Below are positions 54,812 to 64,000 of a stretch of 64,000 nt of DNA, piece after piece. The DNA is from a candidate division WOR-3 bacterium UBA6260 (lineage in GTDB: Bacteria; Hydrothermota; 32-111). The position numbers and the translations under genes are program-made. The number at the start of each line of letters is the position of its first letter. Position 1 is the first letter of the stretch. The notes below the pieces were generated by a model. That model ran no database searches. It was not told where the DNA came from and saw only the letters and a list, made by a program, of their open reading frames with translations. The stretch covers positions 69,315 through 133,314 of the forward strand of contig DJVI01000015.1 of the NCBI GenBank assembly GCA_002441125.1, read 5' to 3'.

Positions 54812-55694
54812 AATTTTCAAAAATCCATTTTAAACTTTCCTCTATTGAATAACGATTTTTATAACCTGTTATACTTCTAAAAAGTTCCAAATCTCCAAAA
54901 AATTCTTCAGGCTCATTTTTTCTTAAAAGAGATTCGTCAGTTTCAAAAGTTATATTTTTGCCTGATAATTTAACAAGATAATCTGCAATATATTTTAAAG
55001 AATAGCTTTTTCCTGAACATATATTGTATATTCCATTTTTTAGTTCCATAGATAGAGAGTAAGCGTAAACCATATCCCTAACATCTGTGAAATCCCTTTT
55101 AAGATTAAGATTTCCAACTTTCACCTTTCCATCTTGAGTTTCTTTTATTTTCCTTATAAGAGATGGAATAAAAAAATTTTCATTCTGCCCAACACCTATA
55201 TGGTTGAAGGCTCTTATGATTATATAATTTATACCGAACCTTTCATAACTTTCTATTATCTCTTCACATATTTTTTTTGAATTCGAATATGGGTTCTGTG
55301 GGTTGGTGGGATGTTTTTCATCTATTGGAAGATATTTGGGAAGACCATAAACATCGGATGTTGAGATGAATATAAATTTTGTTTTACTCTGATAGAGCCT
55401 TAAAGATTCTAAAATGTTCAAAGTTGAGTTTATATTTACATTGTAGGTAAGATATGGGTCTTTTAAAGATACTTTAGTTGAAGATTGTCCCGCGAGATGG
55501 AAGATAAAATCATAAGAGTTCTTTTCAAAAAATTCAAAAACATTTTTTTTATCAGTTAAATCGAGTTTATAAGATTTGTAACCTAAATCTTTTTCAACAA
55601 AATATGTCCCCTCAACATCATATTTTTCCTTTAACACTTTATAAAGAAAGGAAGCTACAAAACCTTCAGCTCCAGTTATCAAAACCTTTTTCAT
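54786..55694 (-). CDS. NAD-dependent epimerase/dehydratase (extended SDR)
   Basis: 302 aa. MKKVLITGAEGFVASFL Rossmann, catalytic YSNSK. Confidence 0.75.
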   Translation of the reverse strand: MKKVLITGAEGFVASFLYKVLKEKYDVEGTYFVEKDLGYKSYKLDLTDKKNVFEFFEKNSYDFIFHLAGQSSTKVSLKDPYLTYNVNINSTLNILESLRLYQSKTKFIFISTSDVYGLPKYLPIDEKHPTNPQNPYSNSKKICEEIIESYERFGINYIIIRAFNHIGVGQNENFFIPSLIRKIKETQDGKVKVGNLNLKRDFTDVRDMVYAYSLSMELKNGIYNICSGKSYSLKYIADYLVKLSGKNITFETDESLLRKNEPEEFFGDLELFRSITGYKNRYSIEESLKWIFENYDKTGSSF

Positions 55695-56425
55695 AATCCT
55701 TTCTCCAACCTTTCGGCGAGTATCTTTGGTAACTTTCTATCTTTAATCTTTTTCATAGCACTATTTATATCATATTCAACCCTATGAAATTTTACAACCA
55801 TCCTGTCACTATCGAAGAGAACAAAAGAAGCTCTATTGTCACCATCCCTCGGTTGTCCAACAGAACCAACATTTATAATGTATCTCGATTTTTCTTCTAT
55901 TTTTAACTCTTTAGGTTCTATAATTTTTACATTATAGGCATCCTTTTCATAAACTACAGGGATATGTGTGTGCCCTATGAAAAGTATTTTGAAATAATCA
56001 TAATCGAACTCATCCTCAGCTTCATATATTGATGTTATATAATTCCAATATGATGGATTTTGGAAAGTTGAATGGGAGAACCTAAAATCTTCAAAGGAAT
56101 AAGTGTAGTCAAGTTTTTTCAACCTTTCAGAATATTCCTTCTTAATAACCTTCCTTGTCCAAAGTATGGATTCCTTTGCGGAGTAGTTGAAAAAACCAAT
56201 ATTCGTTTTTCCAAGAACGCCACACTCATGGTTTCCGAGAAGTATTTTTTCTGTTAGTGAGAAAATCGTTTCGAGAGATTCGTTAGGCTCCGCACCGTAA
56301 CCAACAATATCTCCAAGACAGATAATTTCAGTAAAATTGTTTTGATAATTTTTTTTAACAAAATCTAAAACTGATTTCAAAGCATCATAGTTCGAATGTA
56401 TATCAGAAAGAATCAAAAATTTCAT
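55691..56425 (-). CDS. metallophosphoesterase (calcineurin-like, YfcE/MJ0936-type)
   Basis: 244 aa. LILSDIHSNYDAL, ICLGDIVGYG, LLGNHE, GHTH motifs. Confidence 0.75.
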   Translation of the reverse strand: MKFLILSDIHSNYDALKSVLDFVKKNYQNNFTEIICLGDIVGYGAEPNESLETIFSLTEKILLGNHECGVLGKTNIGFFNYSAKESILWTRKVIKKEYSERLKKLDYTYSFEDFRFSHSTFQNPSYWNYITSIYEAEDEFDYDYFKILFIGHTHIPVVYEKDAYNVKIIEPKELKIEEKSRYIINVGSVGQPRDGDNRASFVLFDSDRMVVKFHRVEYDINSAMKKIKDRKLPKILAERLEKGL

Positions 56426-56859
56426 TTAAATTCCGATAAATATTTTTCCTTGTTTTTTAATATCTTATCAAGAATTCCATTCACAAAACCACCAGAATCA
56501 GAGGTTGAATAGAGTTTCGCAATCTCTATAGCTTCATCTATGGCAACAACATCGGGGACATTATCCTGAAAAAATATTTCAACCAATGCGATTCTCAAAA
56601 TGTTCTTATCTATTATAGCCATCCTGTGTATAGACCAATTCTTTGTAACCCCATCTATTATTTCGTTCAATTTATCGAAAAAAAGTGTAACCTTTTTTAT
56701 AAGATTTAAACTGTAATCTTTAACATCATCGGTCAGATTTTCTTCAAGTCTAAAAACTTCATCCACTATGTTGTCAAGGTTTGAAAAATCGTTGATCTCA
56801 TATATGTATAAGATTTTTAAAGCGAGAACACGAGCCTTTCTTCTTTTACCCACATTCAT
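56422..56859 (-). CDS. nusB: transcription antitermination factor NusB
   Basis: 145 aa. RRKARVLALKILYIYE... NusB fold. Confidence 0.85.
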   Translation of the reverse strand: MNVGKRRKARVLALKILYIYEINDFSNLDNIVDEVFRLEENLTDDVKDYSLNLIKKVTLFFDKLNEIIDGVTKNWSIHRMAIIDKNILRIALVEIFFQDNVPDVVAIDEAIEIAKLYSTSDSGGFVNGILDKILKNKEKYLSEFK

Positions 56860-57320
56860 ATCCTTTTGTAAAGGTTTGCGAGTTCTAAAACAGTTTCAGC
56901 TGCATCGTAACCTTTGTTTCCTGATTTTGTTCCAGCTCTTTCAATAGCTTGATCGGTTGAGTCTGCTGTTATTATACCAAAAGATATTGGAATATCAACA
57001 TCAAGATTCAACTTGGCTATCCCTTTTGATACCTCAGATGCTATGTAATCAAAATGTGGTGTTTCACCTCTTATAAGAGTCCCGAGACATATAATACCAT
57101 TTAAATCTTTGTTTGTTTTTATAACCATCTTAGCTACCTGTGGTATTTCGAAAGCACCTGGAGCAATGTAAATTTTTATATCCTTCTGGTCAACATTGTG
57201 TCTTACAAGACAATCTACCGCACCATCTATAAGATTTTTTGAGATAAAATTGTTGAATCTTGAACAAACGATAGCAAATTTCATCCCTTTACCATCAAGT
57301 TTTCCTTCAAACCTTTCCAT
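56856..57320 (-). CDS. ribH: 6,7-dimethyl-8-ribityllumazine synthase
   Basis: 154 aa. ...KFAIVCSRFNNFI...GAFEIP... Confidence 0.9.
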   Translation of the reverse strand: MERFEGKLDGKGMKFAIVCSRFNNFISKNLIDGAVDCLVRHNVDQKDIKIYIAPGAFEIPQVAKMVIKTNKDLNGIICLGTLIRGETPHFDYIASEVSKGIAKLNLDVDIPISFGIITADSTDQAIERAGTKSGNKGYDAAETVLELANLYKRI

Positions 57321-57328
57321 AAAACCTC

Positions 57329-58528
57329 CTATATATTTTTTAACAGGTGACCCAATTTTTTCTTTTTTGTTAAAAGGTAATCAAAATTGTTTTCATTAGG
57401 TTGTATCTCTATCGGAACCCTTTCCACAATCTTTATTCCATAACCTTCAAGTCCAACTATCTTTTTTGGATTGTTCGTTAAAAGCCTTATAGTGGTAAGC
57501 CCAAGATCCTTTAGAATCTGAGCACCGATTCCATAATCTCTAAGGTCTGCTGCAAATCCTAATTTTATGTTAGCTTCAACTGTATCGTATCCTTTTTCCT
57601 GAAGATGGTAAGCTTTTATTTTGTTAACAAGACCTATTCCTCTACCCTCCTGCTTTAGATATAGCAAAACTCCCTCTTTCTGGTTTTCTATCATCATAAG
57701 TGATCTCTCAAGTTGTTTTCCACAATCGCATTTCTGCGAATGGAATATATCTCCAGTGAAACACTCTGAATGAACTCTAACAAGAACATTCTTTTTACCT
57801 TTTACATTCCCTTTAATCAAAGCTGCATGTATATGGCTATCAACATCGTTGGAATACAAAACTATTTTAAACTTCCCAAAATCTGTTGGTAGTTTTGCTT
57901 CAGCCTCTTTGTGCACGAGTTTATCAGTTTTACATCTGTAAGAAATAAGATCTTTTATAGTTATTATCTTCATTTTAAACTTTTTAGCGATCTTCAAAAG
58001 TTTTGGAAGACGAGCCATCTTTCCATCATCATCCATTATCTCACAAAGAACACCTGCCGGTTTCAATCCAGCCATCCTTGCGAGATCGGTAACAGCTTCC
58101 GTGTGACCTGCCCTTTTTAAAACACCACCATTTTCTGCCTTCAAAGGGAAAACATGACCGGGTTTTGCAAAATCCTCAGGTTTGGAGTTATCATCGATAA
58201 GAAGTTTTATAGTGTATGCTCTATCGTATGCTGAAATACCCGTACTTATTCCCTCTTTAGCATCAACAGAAACAGTAAATTTTGTTCCGTGTAGTGCAGT
58301 GTTGTTCTCACACATAAGACGAAGGCCAAGTCTTGAAAGCATCTCTTCAGTCATAGAAACACATATAAGTCCCCTTCCCTCTTTAGCCATAAAATTTATC
58401 TTTTCTGGTGTAACTAACTGCGCAGCCATTATAAAATCACCTTCATTCTCTCTATCCTCATCATCAACAACTATTATTATCTTACCGTTTCTGATATCAT
58501 CGATAGCATCTTCAATTCTGTTAAACAT
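57329..58528 (-). CDS. ribBA: bifunctional 3,4-dihydroxy-2-butanone-4-phosphate synthase / GTP cyclohydrolase II
   Basis: 399 aa. DHBP synthase (DREDEGD-like RENEGDF) N-terminal half, GCH-II CxxC...C zinc site (CDCGKQL) C-terminal half. Confidence 0.9.
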   Translation of the reverse strand: MFNRIEDAIDDIRNGKIIIVVDDEDRENEGDFIMAAQLVTPEKINFMAKEGRGLICVSMTEEMLSRLGLRLMCENNTALHGTKFTVSVDAKEGISTGISAYDRAYTIKLLIDDNSKPEDFAKPGHVFPLKAENGGVLKRAGHTEAVTDLARMAGLKPAGVLCEIMDDDGKMARLPKLLKIAKKFKMKIITIKDLISYRCKTDKLVHKEAEAKLPTDFGKFKIVLYSNDVDSHIHAALIKGNVKGKKNVLVRVHSECFTGDIFHSQKCDCGKQLERSLMMIENQKEGVLLYLKQEGRGIGLVNKIKAYHLQEKGYDTVEANIKLGFAADLRDYGIGAQILKDLGLTTIRLLTNNPKKIVGLEGYGIKIVERVPIEIQPNENNFDYLLTKKKKLGHLLKNI

Positions 58529-59126
58529 TATTCTTCTCCTTCAAAAATTTGTAAATACTTTTGGTTATCTGGTTTATTTCAACATTTACTCTTTCACCAA
58601 CATTTAAATTTTTTAGATTGGTTATCTTTATAGTCTCAGGAATAATATTTAAAACGAAAGAATTTTCAAAAACACTTTTTATTGTTAAACTTATTCCGTT
58701 TACACTTATAGAATCATTCTCAACAAGGTATTTAGAAAATTTTGAACCAACATCTATTTCAATTTCGAGTTTGTTTCTATTCGGTTTTATGATTCTTTTT
58801 ACATAACCTGTTGTATCCACATGTCCAAGTATCATATGTCCACCAAATCTATCATCAATCCTCATAGATTTTTCAAGATTAACTTCATCGTTTTTACTAT
58901 AGAACCTTATTATAGTTTTTTCAGCTGACTGGCTAAGTGCATAGAATCTCATAAAACTTTCCCATACTTTTTCAACAGTTAGACATACCCCATCAACAGA
59001 AATAGAATCTCCCTCCTTAACATCTTTTAGAAAACCTTTGGAAACTTCAACGGTTAAAATATAGTCTTCTGATTTTCTTCCTATCTCTTTAATTTTCCCT
59101 GTCTCTTTTACTATTCCTGTAAACAT
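58521..59126 (-). CDS. ribE: riboflavin synthase (alpha chain)
   Basis: 201 aa. MFTGIV...two lumazine-binding repeats (VDGVCLTV / VNGISLTI). Confidence 0.85.
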   Translation of the reverse strand: MFTGIVKETGKIKEIGRKSEDYILTVEVSKGFLKDVKEGDSISVDGVCLTVEKVWESFMRFYALSQSAEKTIIRFYSKNDEVNLEKSMRIDDRFGGHMILGHVDTTGYVKRIIKPNRNKLEIEIDVGSKFSKYLVENDSISVNGISLTIKSVFENSFVLNIIPETIKITNLKNLNVGERVNVEINQITKSIYKFLKEKNNV

Positions 59127-60181
59127 ATATACCTCTTAAAAATATCCTCTTTTATCTTTTTTTCTTCGATGAGTTTAAATTTTTCTTTTTTTAAAATCTT
59201 TTCAATATCAAACTTTATTCCTTTTGAAAGTTTTACCTCCGAACGGTATATCCATACCTCATCAATTACTTTGTTTTTCAAAGAATCTAAAAAAACTTTT
59301 TTGCCACCTTCAATCAAAAGAGAAATTATCCTGAAATCACATATTCTGTTTTTAACAAAATTCCAGCTTTCCTTTTTATTTTTAACAAAAATGTATCTTA
59401 CATCCTTTTTGTCCTTTAACACCTTTTTAAATTTTTCAGAAACAATTATTATTTTTAACCTTTTTTTATCTTTAAAAATTTTTTTAGAATAATCAAGTTT
59501 GTTACTAAAATCGAGTATAACAACTTTTGGTTTATATTCACTTTTTATGTTCCTCGTATCAAGCAAAGGATCATCAACATTAACGGTGTTTGAGCCAACA
59601 AGGATACCATCAAATTCAAACCTTTTTCTATGTAGATCTATTCTCGATTCAAATGATGTTATATATCTTTCTTTAAAGTTTTTTGAATAGATAAAATTAT
59701 CATTTGAAATTGCAACTTTTAAAACAATGTAAGTTTTTAAACATTTGATATAATTTTGAAAATATGGGTTGAGTTTCTTCACCTCATCTTCACATACTCC
59801 AACTTCAACTGTATAACCAGCATCCCTTAGGATTTTTATTGACCTTCCGTTAACTGAAGGATTTGGGTCTTTCATTCCTATAACAATTCTTTTGAATGGA
59901 ATCTCTTTTATTGTTTCAACACAGGGTGGTGTTTTGCCCCATACAGAACAAGGTTCAAGAGTTACATACAGAGTAGAACCTGCCAATGGGACTGGGGCTG
60001 AATTTATAGCTTCAATCTCAGCATGAGGTTTTCCAAAACCTTTATGGTAACCTTTTGATATTACCTCTCCATCTTTAACTATAATTGCACCAACAAGAGG
60101 ATTTGGAGATGTTTTCCCTTTAGCTTTAAGGGCTAACCTGATAGATTTTCTGATAAATTTTTCATCATCATTCTTATTCAT
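59111..60181 (-). CDS. ribD: bifunctional diaminohydroxyphosphoribosylaminopyrimidine deaminase / 5-amino-6-(5-phosphoribosylamino)uracil reductase
   Basis: 356 aa. CMP/dCMP-type deaminase zinc motifs (HAEIEAI, PCSVWGKTPPC) followed by reductase domain. Confidence 0.85.
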   Translation of the reverse strand: MNKNDDEKFIRKSIRLALKAKGKTSPNPLVGAIIVKDGEVISKGYHKGFGKPHAEIEAINSAPVPLAGSTLYVTLEPCSVWGKTPPCVETIKEIPFKRIVIGMKDPNPSVNGRSIKILRDAGYTVEVGVCEDEVKKLNPYFQNYIKCLKTYIVLKVAISNDNFIYSKNFKERYITSFESRIDLHRKRFEFDGILVGSNTVNVDDPLLDTRNIKSEYKPKVVILDFSNKLDYSKKIFKDKKRLKIIIVSEKFKKVLKDKKDVRYIFVKNKKESWNFVKNRICDFRIISLLIEGGKKVFLDSLKNKVIDEVWIYRSEVKLSKGIKFDIEKILKKEKFKLIEEKKIKEDIFKRYICLQE

Positions 60182-60182
60182 A

Positions 60183-60330
60183 AAAAAACCCGATTTTACA
60201 ATCGGGGCTTATTATCCTTCTTCCATCCTGACTTTACAGTCGGCACCGTAATTTCAACGGTTCAGCTTTCGCTCGCGGGCTTTACCGCCGGTCGGGATTT
60301 TCACCCAGCCCCGAAGGAAAAATGATTATA
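60183..60330 (-). promoter_or_regulatory. FMN riboswitch (RFN element) with intrinsic terminator, leader of ribD-ribE-ribBA-ribH
   Basis: Minus-strand CUUCGGGGCUGGGUGAAAAUCCCGACCGGCGGUAAAGCCCGCGAGCGAAAGCUGAACCGUUGAAAUUACGGUGCCGACUGUAAAGUCAGGAUGGAAGAAGGAUAAU aligns almost motif-for-motif with the B. subtilis ribD RFN aptamer. Followed by AAGCCCCGAUUGUAAAAUCGGGuuuuuuu terminator hairpin (60183-60210). Confidence 0.85.
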
Positions 60331-60353
60331 AAGGAAAAATAAAGTAAAGTCAA
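60325..60353 (-). promoter_or_regulatory. sigma70-type promoter of the rib operon (TTGACT-17-TATAAT)
   Basis: Minus-strand ttgact (60353-60348), 17-nt spacer, tataat (60330-60325), immediately 5' of the riboswitch. Confidence 0.5.
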
Positions 60354-60400
60354 TGCTAATAAAATCTTACCATATCTTATTAAAAATTTTAACTGAACGA

Positions 60401-61093
60401 TCAGAATTGAAAAGATACGGTTAAGAATGGATTTATATGCTTTTGAAAATAGTTCAAACCATCAGAGTAAACAAGATTATATTTTAAACTCTTATAGTAT
60501 CTCAAATCGGAACCTAAAGATATCCTTAAATTGAATATTTTAACCTCTGGCATAACAAAAATTCCGTAAGAAACAAAATCGTAAGAAGTGTTGCCATTTT
60601 CATAATTTGAAACATTGTAATAACCTGTATGTATACCACCTGTCAGATATAAAAAGTTTAAAAAAGTGTATGTGAAAAGAAAAGGTAACTCTGCACAATA
60701 GGTTTTATATTTTTCTACACTATTTTCGCTATACTTGAAAGTTGGGATAGTAGCGATTTTTAATCCTAACCTATCAAAAAATTTGTACTTTACTCCAACA
60801 CCATAGACAGGATCATTTATGAAAGGGAATGAAGCACTTCCATATATATCAATATTTTTACTAATTCCAATACCTGCAAAAACTGAAGCCATAGGAACAA
60901 AAATTCCTAAGTCTAACAATGTATCGTTATTCAAAGTAGCATAACTTGAAAATCCACCAACAAAACCTATACCTCCCCTAAAATGGAGTGGACCAAGTGT
61001 ATCTGCACTTCTGTAAGGTTCAAGTGAAACAGCTGTGCAAGAAGATAAAAAGGTAGTTATTAAAAGTATGAAAATAACATAAAATTTTTTCAT
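60401..61093 (-). CDS. putative outer-membrane beta-barrel lipoprotein
   Basis: 230 aa. Signal peptide plus LSSC lipobox, alternating hydrophobic beta-strand pattern, C-terminal ...TVSFQF (terminal Phe). Confidence 0.45.
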   Translation of the reverse strand: MKKFYVIFILLITTFLSSCTAVSLEPYRSADTLGPLHFRGGIGFVGGFSSYATLNNDTLLDLGIFVPMASVFAGIGISKNIDIYGSASFPFINDPVYGVGVKYKFFDRLGLKIATIPTFKYSENSVEKYKTYCAELPFLFTYTFLNFLYLTGGIHTGYYNVSNYENGNTSYDFVSYGIFVMPEVKIFNLRISLGSDLRYYKSLKYNLVYSDGLNYFQKHINPFLTVSFQF

Positions 61094-61198
61094 AATACTC
61101 CTTTTTGATTATTTTATCCCAAATTTAAGAAATGTAAAGTTTTTTATTATATTGTAATTTCTTGACTTTTTTTAATATTCAATTATCATTTATTAGAG

Positions 61199-62347
61199 AT
61201 GAGAGAAGATAAAGGGAATATTTTTTACACACGATTCAACTATGACAAACTTTTCTGGCTAATAAATATAAGAACAATAATTTTGATAAGTTTGGCAGTT
61301 ATTTTCTTTTTTCTAAATATTTTTGGAATAAAAATAAATAACACCTTTTCACCAAAATATCTTCTATTTTGGCAATTAATTTCTATACTTATCAATCTTT
61401 TGCTTTTTTTTGATTTAAAATATCTTCAAAAAAATAAACACCTTATGATGAATGAGGAAAATTTCAAGTATTTAGGGATGATACAGATAGATTTTGACAT
61501 ACTTTATACGATTGTAACCATTTTTCTTTCAGGTGGAATAAAATCTCCCCTCCTTTTCCTTTTCGTTTACAACATAATAACATCCAACTTTTTGATTCAG
61601 GATAGAAATACCCTTTTTTACACTTTAATTCTTCTAATTCTTTTATTCGTATCTGAATTTAGATTCACCTTTAAGGAAACTTTTCCTTATATAGAGTATA
61701 GAACACTTGAAAAGTTTGAAAACATGATCCTTATATTTGTGATATACTTTTTTCTATTCTATCTTTCAAAATATGTTTCAGAAAAGCTGAATCAAAAACA
61801 GGAAGAGTTGAACCGCCTTTATCAGGAAACTTACAAACTTTCAATCACGGATAGGTTAACTGGACTTTACGATCAAACCTATTTTAGAGTTAGTGCAAAG
61901 GATGCTATAGATATTGCAAAAACTAACAACAACAAAATCGCAATAGTAATGTTCGATATAGATAATTTTAAAGAGTTCAACGATACAAATGGTCACCTTA
62001 TGGGATCGAGAGCTTTGGTTCAGATAGCACAGATAATGAAACAAACTTTCAGAAAAACTGATATATTGGGGAAATATGGTGGAGATGAATTCATTCTACT
62101 TTTAAAGGATATAGATGAAAACTATATAACTTTTGTCCTTGAGAGGTTTAAAAGTAAGATTGAAAATTTCAATTTCAACCCTGAGACATCAAAAGTCTCC
62201 CATTTAACAATTTCAATAGGAGTTTCATTTTTCCCTAAAGATGGGGATAACCTTGAAACACTTATAGATAAATCTGATAAGGCTTTATATACAGCCAAGA
62301 ATTTAGGGAAAAATAATCTATTCGTTTTTGAGGATAGCAAAAAGTAG
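61199..62347 (+). CDS. membrane-anchored diguanylate cyclase (multi-TM N-terminus + GGDEF)
   Basis: 382 aa, ~5-6 TM, then RLTGLYDQTYF...GGDEF (YGGDEFILLL) with I-site-like RKTD. Confidence 0.85.
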   Translation: MREDKGNIFYTRFNYDKLFWLINIRTIILISLAVIFFFLNIFGIKINNTFSPKYLLFWQLISILINLLLFFDLKYLQKNKHLMMNEENFKYLGMIQIDFDILYTIVTIFLSGGIKSPLLFLFVYNIITSNFLIQDRNTLFYTLILLILLFVSEFRFTFKETFPYIEYRTLEKFENMILIFVIYFFLFYLSKYVSEKLNQKQEELNRLYQETYKLSITDRLTGLYDQTYFRVSAKDAIDIAKTNNNKIAIVMFDIDNFKEFNDTNGHLMGSRALVQIAQIMKQTFRKTDILGKYGGDEFILLLKDIDENYITFVLERFKSKIENFNFNPETSKVSHLTISIGVSFFPKDGDNLETLIDKSDKALYTAKNLGKNNLFVFEDSKK

Positions 62348-63808
62348 TTTTACTATATCAGGATCGTATAGTTTACCTGAGTTATCGTTGAAAATCCCTT
62401 CAATATGTTTATCAGTCAATTTAAAAATATCTCTGAAAACACAATATTCTCCTGCAACTCTAACTATCCTTGCACCTACAGGTATCTTTTTTCCAACCAA
62501 TCTGTTGAAGCCTGTTCCATCATAATTCTCATAAAGGTATTTTATTATTTTTTGGGCATCCTCAAGCATAACAAGAGGTGCTATAATATCTGCTCCAGAA
62601 ACTATGGCTTGCTTGATCTCAACAGATTTTTCTGGATCAAAATATGTTGGGGCATTGAATATCTCTTTAGGTTTATTTAAAAGCCCTAAAAGGTGTAACA
62701 AAGCGGAGTACTGGACATCCTTTATCTCATCTTCTGAGAGTTCCATCCTTTTAGCTATTTTGACAGAAAGAGCTGAAACCTTTTCACTATGTTTCTTTAA
62801 ACCGGGGAATATCCTTTTCTCAAGATACAAAAATGCGATAAGTGATTCAAGATAACTTCTCCTTGAATCCTCAAAAAATTTTGCTGAAGCCAAAGAATTG
62901 GTAATTACCAATCTCGCAATTTCAAAAAGAACCATCTTCTCATCCTTGACTTTTGAAGACTCTATATCAAAAATAAAAATACCGATTATGAGTTTACCTA
63001 TAAATATTGGGAGTGTAACAGTTGAGTTCTCATTTCCTCCTTTCAAAGAGTATCCTATATTTATTTTTGAAGATTTAAAATAATCTGTGAACTGACTTTT
63101 ATGTATCTTTGTTCCAACTGGAAACTCTTTTTCAAAGTTTCTCTCTTTTTTTACAACAAAATCTCCACTCTTTTCATCAAAGAGTAAAAGTACTATTGAA
63201 TGGGGATTAAAAATCGTATCAAGCTTTTCAAATATGTTCAAAGAATTTGAATCAAAAGATTTTATAACAGAGATCATCTCTGAAAAGGTTTTTAGTTCAT
63301 CTATACTCTTCAGTAGTTCTTTAAGATAGTTATCAAGTTTCTCCTTCTGCTCTGTTACAAGTTGGTTTGTGTTTAAAAGTTCTTCGTTCATCTTTTGGAT
63401 ATCTGCACTCAACTTTTCTTTATCAAGTAAGAGTTGCCTTTTCTCGTATGCGTTTCTTACAACCAAAAGCATGGTATCCGCAGTGAAAGGTTTCGAAACA
63501 AAATCGTAAGCTCCACTCCTTATACATGTCATTGCAAGGTTTATGTCTATAGTTGCTGATATAACTATTATTGGTGAAAATGGATTTTCCATAGAATAGT
63601 TGGAGATGAAATCAAAAACATCTATTCCCGGTAATGACAGATCAACTATTATTAATGAGTACTGGTTTAAGGACAAAAGATTTTTAAATTGTCCTCCATC
63701 GGTAGATATATCAACATCTACACTATCTTTCTTTTCATACTCAATTATTTTTTTTAAAAAATTTGCTACGGTGATTTCACCGTCAGCAACAAGGATCTTT
63801 TCTTTCAT
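62318..63808 (-). CDS. response regulator: receiver + central GAF-like region + degenerate HD-GYP-like output domain
   Basis: 496 aa. REC (ILVADGEITV..., D in LIIVDLSLPGID, K in FVSKP). C-terminus ...HSEKVSALSVKIAKRM...YSALLHLLGLL...YENYDGTGF has the outline of HD-GYP, but the H-D dyad and GYP motif are altered (HLLG instead of HDIGK; YDGTGF instead of HHE.DGSGYP). Confidence 0.55.
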   Translation of the reverse strand: MKEKILVADGEITVANFLKKIIEYEKKDSVDVDISTDGGQFKNLLSLNQYSLIIVDLSLPGIDVFDFISNYSMENPFSPIIVISATIDINLAMTCIRSGAYDFVSKPFTADTMLLVVRNAYEKRQLLLDKEKLSADIQKMNEELLNTNQLVTEQKEKLDNYLKELLKSIDELKTFSEMISVIKSFDSNSLNIFEKLDTIFNPHSIVLLLFDEKSGDFVVKKERNFEKEFPVGTKIHKSQFTDYFKSSKINIGYSLKGGNENSTVTLPIFIGKLIIGIFIFDIESSKVKDEKMVLFEIARLVITNSLASAKFFEDSRRSYLESLIAFLYLEKRIFPGLKKHSEKVSALSVKIAKRMELSEDEIKDVQYSALLHLLGLLNKPKEIFNAPTYFDPEKSVEIKQAIVSGADIIAPLVMLEDAQKIIKYLYENYDGTGFNRLVGKKIPVGARIVRVAGEYCVFRDIFKLTDKHIEGIFNDNSGKLYDPDIVKLLFAILKNE

Positions 63809-63810
63809 TT

Positions 63811-64000
63811 TAACTATTCTTTAACGGTAACCTTATTACAAAGGATACCCCATTTTCTCTGTTAACAGCGAAAATAGTTCCATTATGCTCTTTTACTATA
63901 TTGAAAGATATCGCAAGTCCAAGCCCTGTTCCTCCACTTTTTGTTGTAAAAAATGGAGCGAAAATTTTAGAAAGATTTTCTTCAGGTATTTTGGGACCAT
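63811..64000 (-). CDS. sensor histidine kinase, C-terminal HATPase_c end (5' part outside window)
   Basis: Manual translation of the last codons ...GPKIPEENLSKIFAPFFTTKSGGTGLGLAISFNIVKEHNGTIFAVNRENGVSFVIRLPLKNS* gives G2-box GGTGLGL. Stop codon abuts the response-regulator start (TAAAATG). Confidence 0.6.

Noticed and set aside
1-64000. CRISPR arrays, tRNA/rRNA genes, IS elements/transposases, integrases
   Set aside because: None seen. Intergenic regions over 60 nt (8433-8506, 23790-23934, 24706-24791, 35423-35517, 47519-47585, 50038-50168, 60182-60400, 61094-61198) were read on both strands. They contain only the promoters, terminators, SRP RNA and riboswitch described. No cloverleaf-like or repeat-spacer structure, and no transposase-like ORFs.

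Overview
AT-rich (~30% GC) bacterial chromosome segment, almost entirely minus-strand and tightly packed. The taxon cannot be named from sequence alone. Two proteins carry T9SS-type C-terminal sorting domains, and there is an ExbB-ExbD-ExbD-TonB cluster plus chemotaxis genes, which together suggest a diderm, FCB-group-like or candidate-phylum organism.

Recognisable housekeeping blocks: alaS; rpsT; the conserved rpsB-tsf-pyrH-frr-uppS-cdsA-dxr-rseP string; rplM-rpsI; dnaX-ybaB-recR preceded by an SRP RNA; mltG-ruvX; birA-nadC; nusB; and ribD-ribE-ribBA-ribH behind an FMN riboswitch.

Accessory and unusual content:
1. A four-gene module of uncharacterised membrane proteins (439, 212, 280 and 206 aa) is present as two divergent tandem copies at 12309-19097. 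It lies inside a roughly 17.5 kb overlap-coupled gene array that runs from gcvPB through a GlmL/MutL-like ASKHA protein and a lipoate-protein ligase to the TonB system. This is the best candidate for an undescribed system.
2. A chemotaxis operon (soluble chemoreceptor-cheW-cheY-cheA-cheC) is translationally coupled to a giant TPR protein, a DUF4388-TPR protein and three roadblock/LC7 proteins. A second DUF4388 plus two-roadblock locus lies at 9254-11584.
3. A 1117-aa membrane-less chemoreceptor has two MCP-core-like segments fused to a C-terminal family-5 solute-binding domain.
4. An LpxH-like gene is split by a frameshift inside an A11/T11 homopolymer.
5. The right end holds a c-di-GMP/two-component module: GGDEF cyclase, a response regulator with a degenerate HD-GYP-like output domain, and a partial histidine kinase.

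No tRNA, rRNA, CRISPR array or obvious mobile element was seen.
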